A stretch of 64,000 nt of DNA from Chiloscyllium plagiosum. Its lineage: Eukaryota. Below the pieces are notes generated by a model that made no database searches, was not told where the DNA came from, and saw only the letters and a program-made list of their open reading frames with translations. Each line of letters begins with the position of its first letter. The stretch's first letter is position 1. Positions 63,603 through 64,000 of the stretch are shown piece after piece. The position numbers and the translations under genes were made by a program. The stretch covers positions 22,390,197-22,454,196 of the forward strand of contig NC_057720.1 in NCBI RefSeq assembly GCF_004010195.1, given 5' to 3'.

Positions 63603-64000
63603 TGTTACGAAGGTGTAGAAGTGTACTGTACCCTTGAGAGAGTTAAAAGCAACAGAACTACCTGACAGCACCAAGTGTCTGGAAAAAAATTTAAGGTAAC
63701 CTTTTTGTCCAGCAGTTAGTGTAGCTGGTCAACTGGAAACAAGAACAGATTTGAATTAGGCCAATCAGTTTAAATTATACCCTGAAAAATACCAAACACC
63801 AATCAACTTTGAATTTGGTATATTGACAATCTTAAAAGTCAATGACACAATCCGATGCTTTGGGGGTATGACCTGGGGAAATTGAACAGTTGGGAGGAGA
63901 ACTGCCAAACCAATGACATCTGCAAATTGCCCAGAGAATAGCTTTCTTAAAGGTACCTTTATCAATCAGTAACCTGTGAAGCAGAATTCCCAAGAAGAAG
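63603..64000 (+). repeat. 3' LTR (partial), preceded by a polypurine tract
   Basis: TGTTACGAAGGTGTAGAAGTG matches the 5' LTR start. PPT-like AAGGGGGTGA at 63591-63600. Confidence 0.92.

Larger units (their letters stand above)
57928..64000 (+). mobile_element. Gmr1-like Gypsy (Metaviridae) LTR retrotransposon, decayed, antisense to DPYD; 3' LTR runs off the window
   Basis: Two LTRs, gag with a CCHC knuckle, protease LRDTG, integrase HHCC/core/GPY, RT and RNase H, with many stops and frameshifts. Confidence 0.95.

Overview
Eukaryotic (vertebrate) genomic DNA, most likely from a cartilaginous fish (inferred from the HE1-type SINEs and shark-type CR1 and Penelope repeats). The whole window lies inside a minus-strand dihydropyrimidine dehydrogenase gene (DPYD). 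Two coding exons are present: 55883-56093 (211 bp, equivalent to human exon 11) and 27021-27205 (185 bp, exon 12). Both have canonical AG/GT ends and matching phase, and they are separated by a 28.7 kb intron. Everything else is intronic and rich in transposable elements: many truncated CR1 LINEs, about 8 HE1 SINEs, a Rex1/Babar LINE fragment, Harbinger-like Myb/SANT relics and MITEs, many Penelope-like element (PLE) pieces, and a decayed Gmr1-type Gypsy LTR retrotransposon (PR-IN-RT-RH order) at 57928-64000. The most notable signals are: minimal hammerhead-ribozyme-like motifs in at least three PLE terminal-repeat variants; palindromic TSD-flanked mini-PLE insertions; a 52-bp templated insertion with a 23-bp flanking duplication; a near-perfect ~0.82 kb tandem duplication; and fold-back hairpins at LINE junctions. 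No novel protein-coding system is supported. All family assignments come from visual recognition and no database search was run. Repeat boundaries are approximate unless stated.
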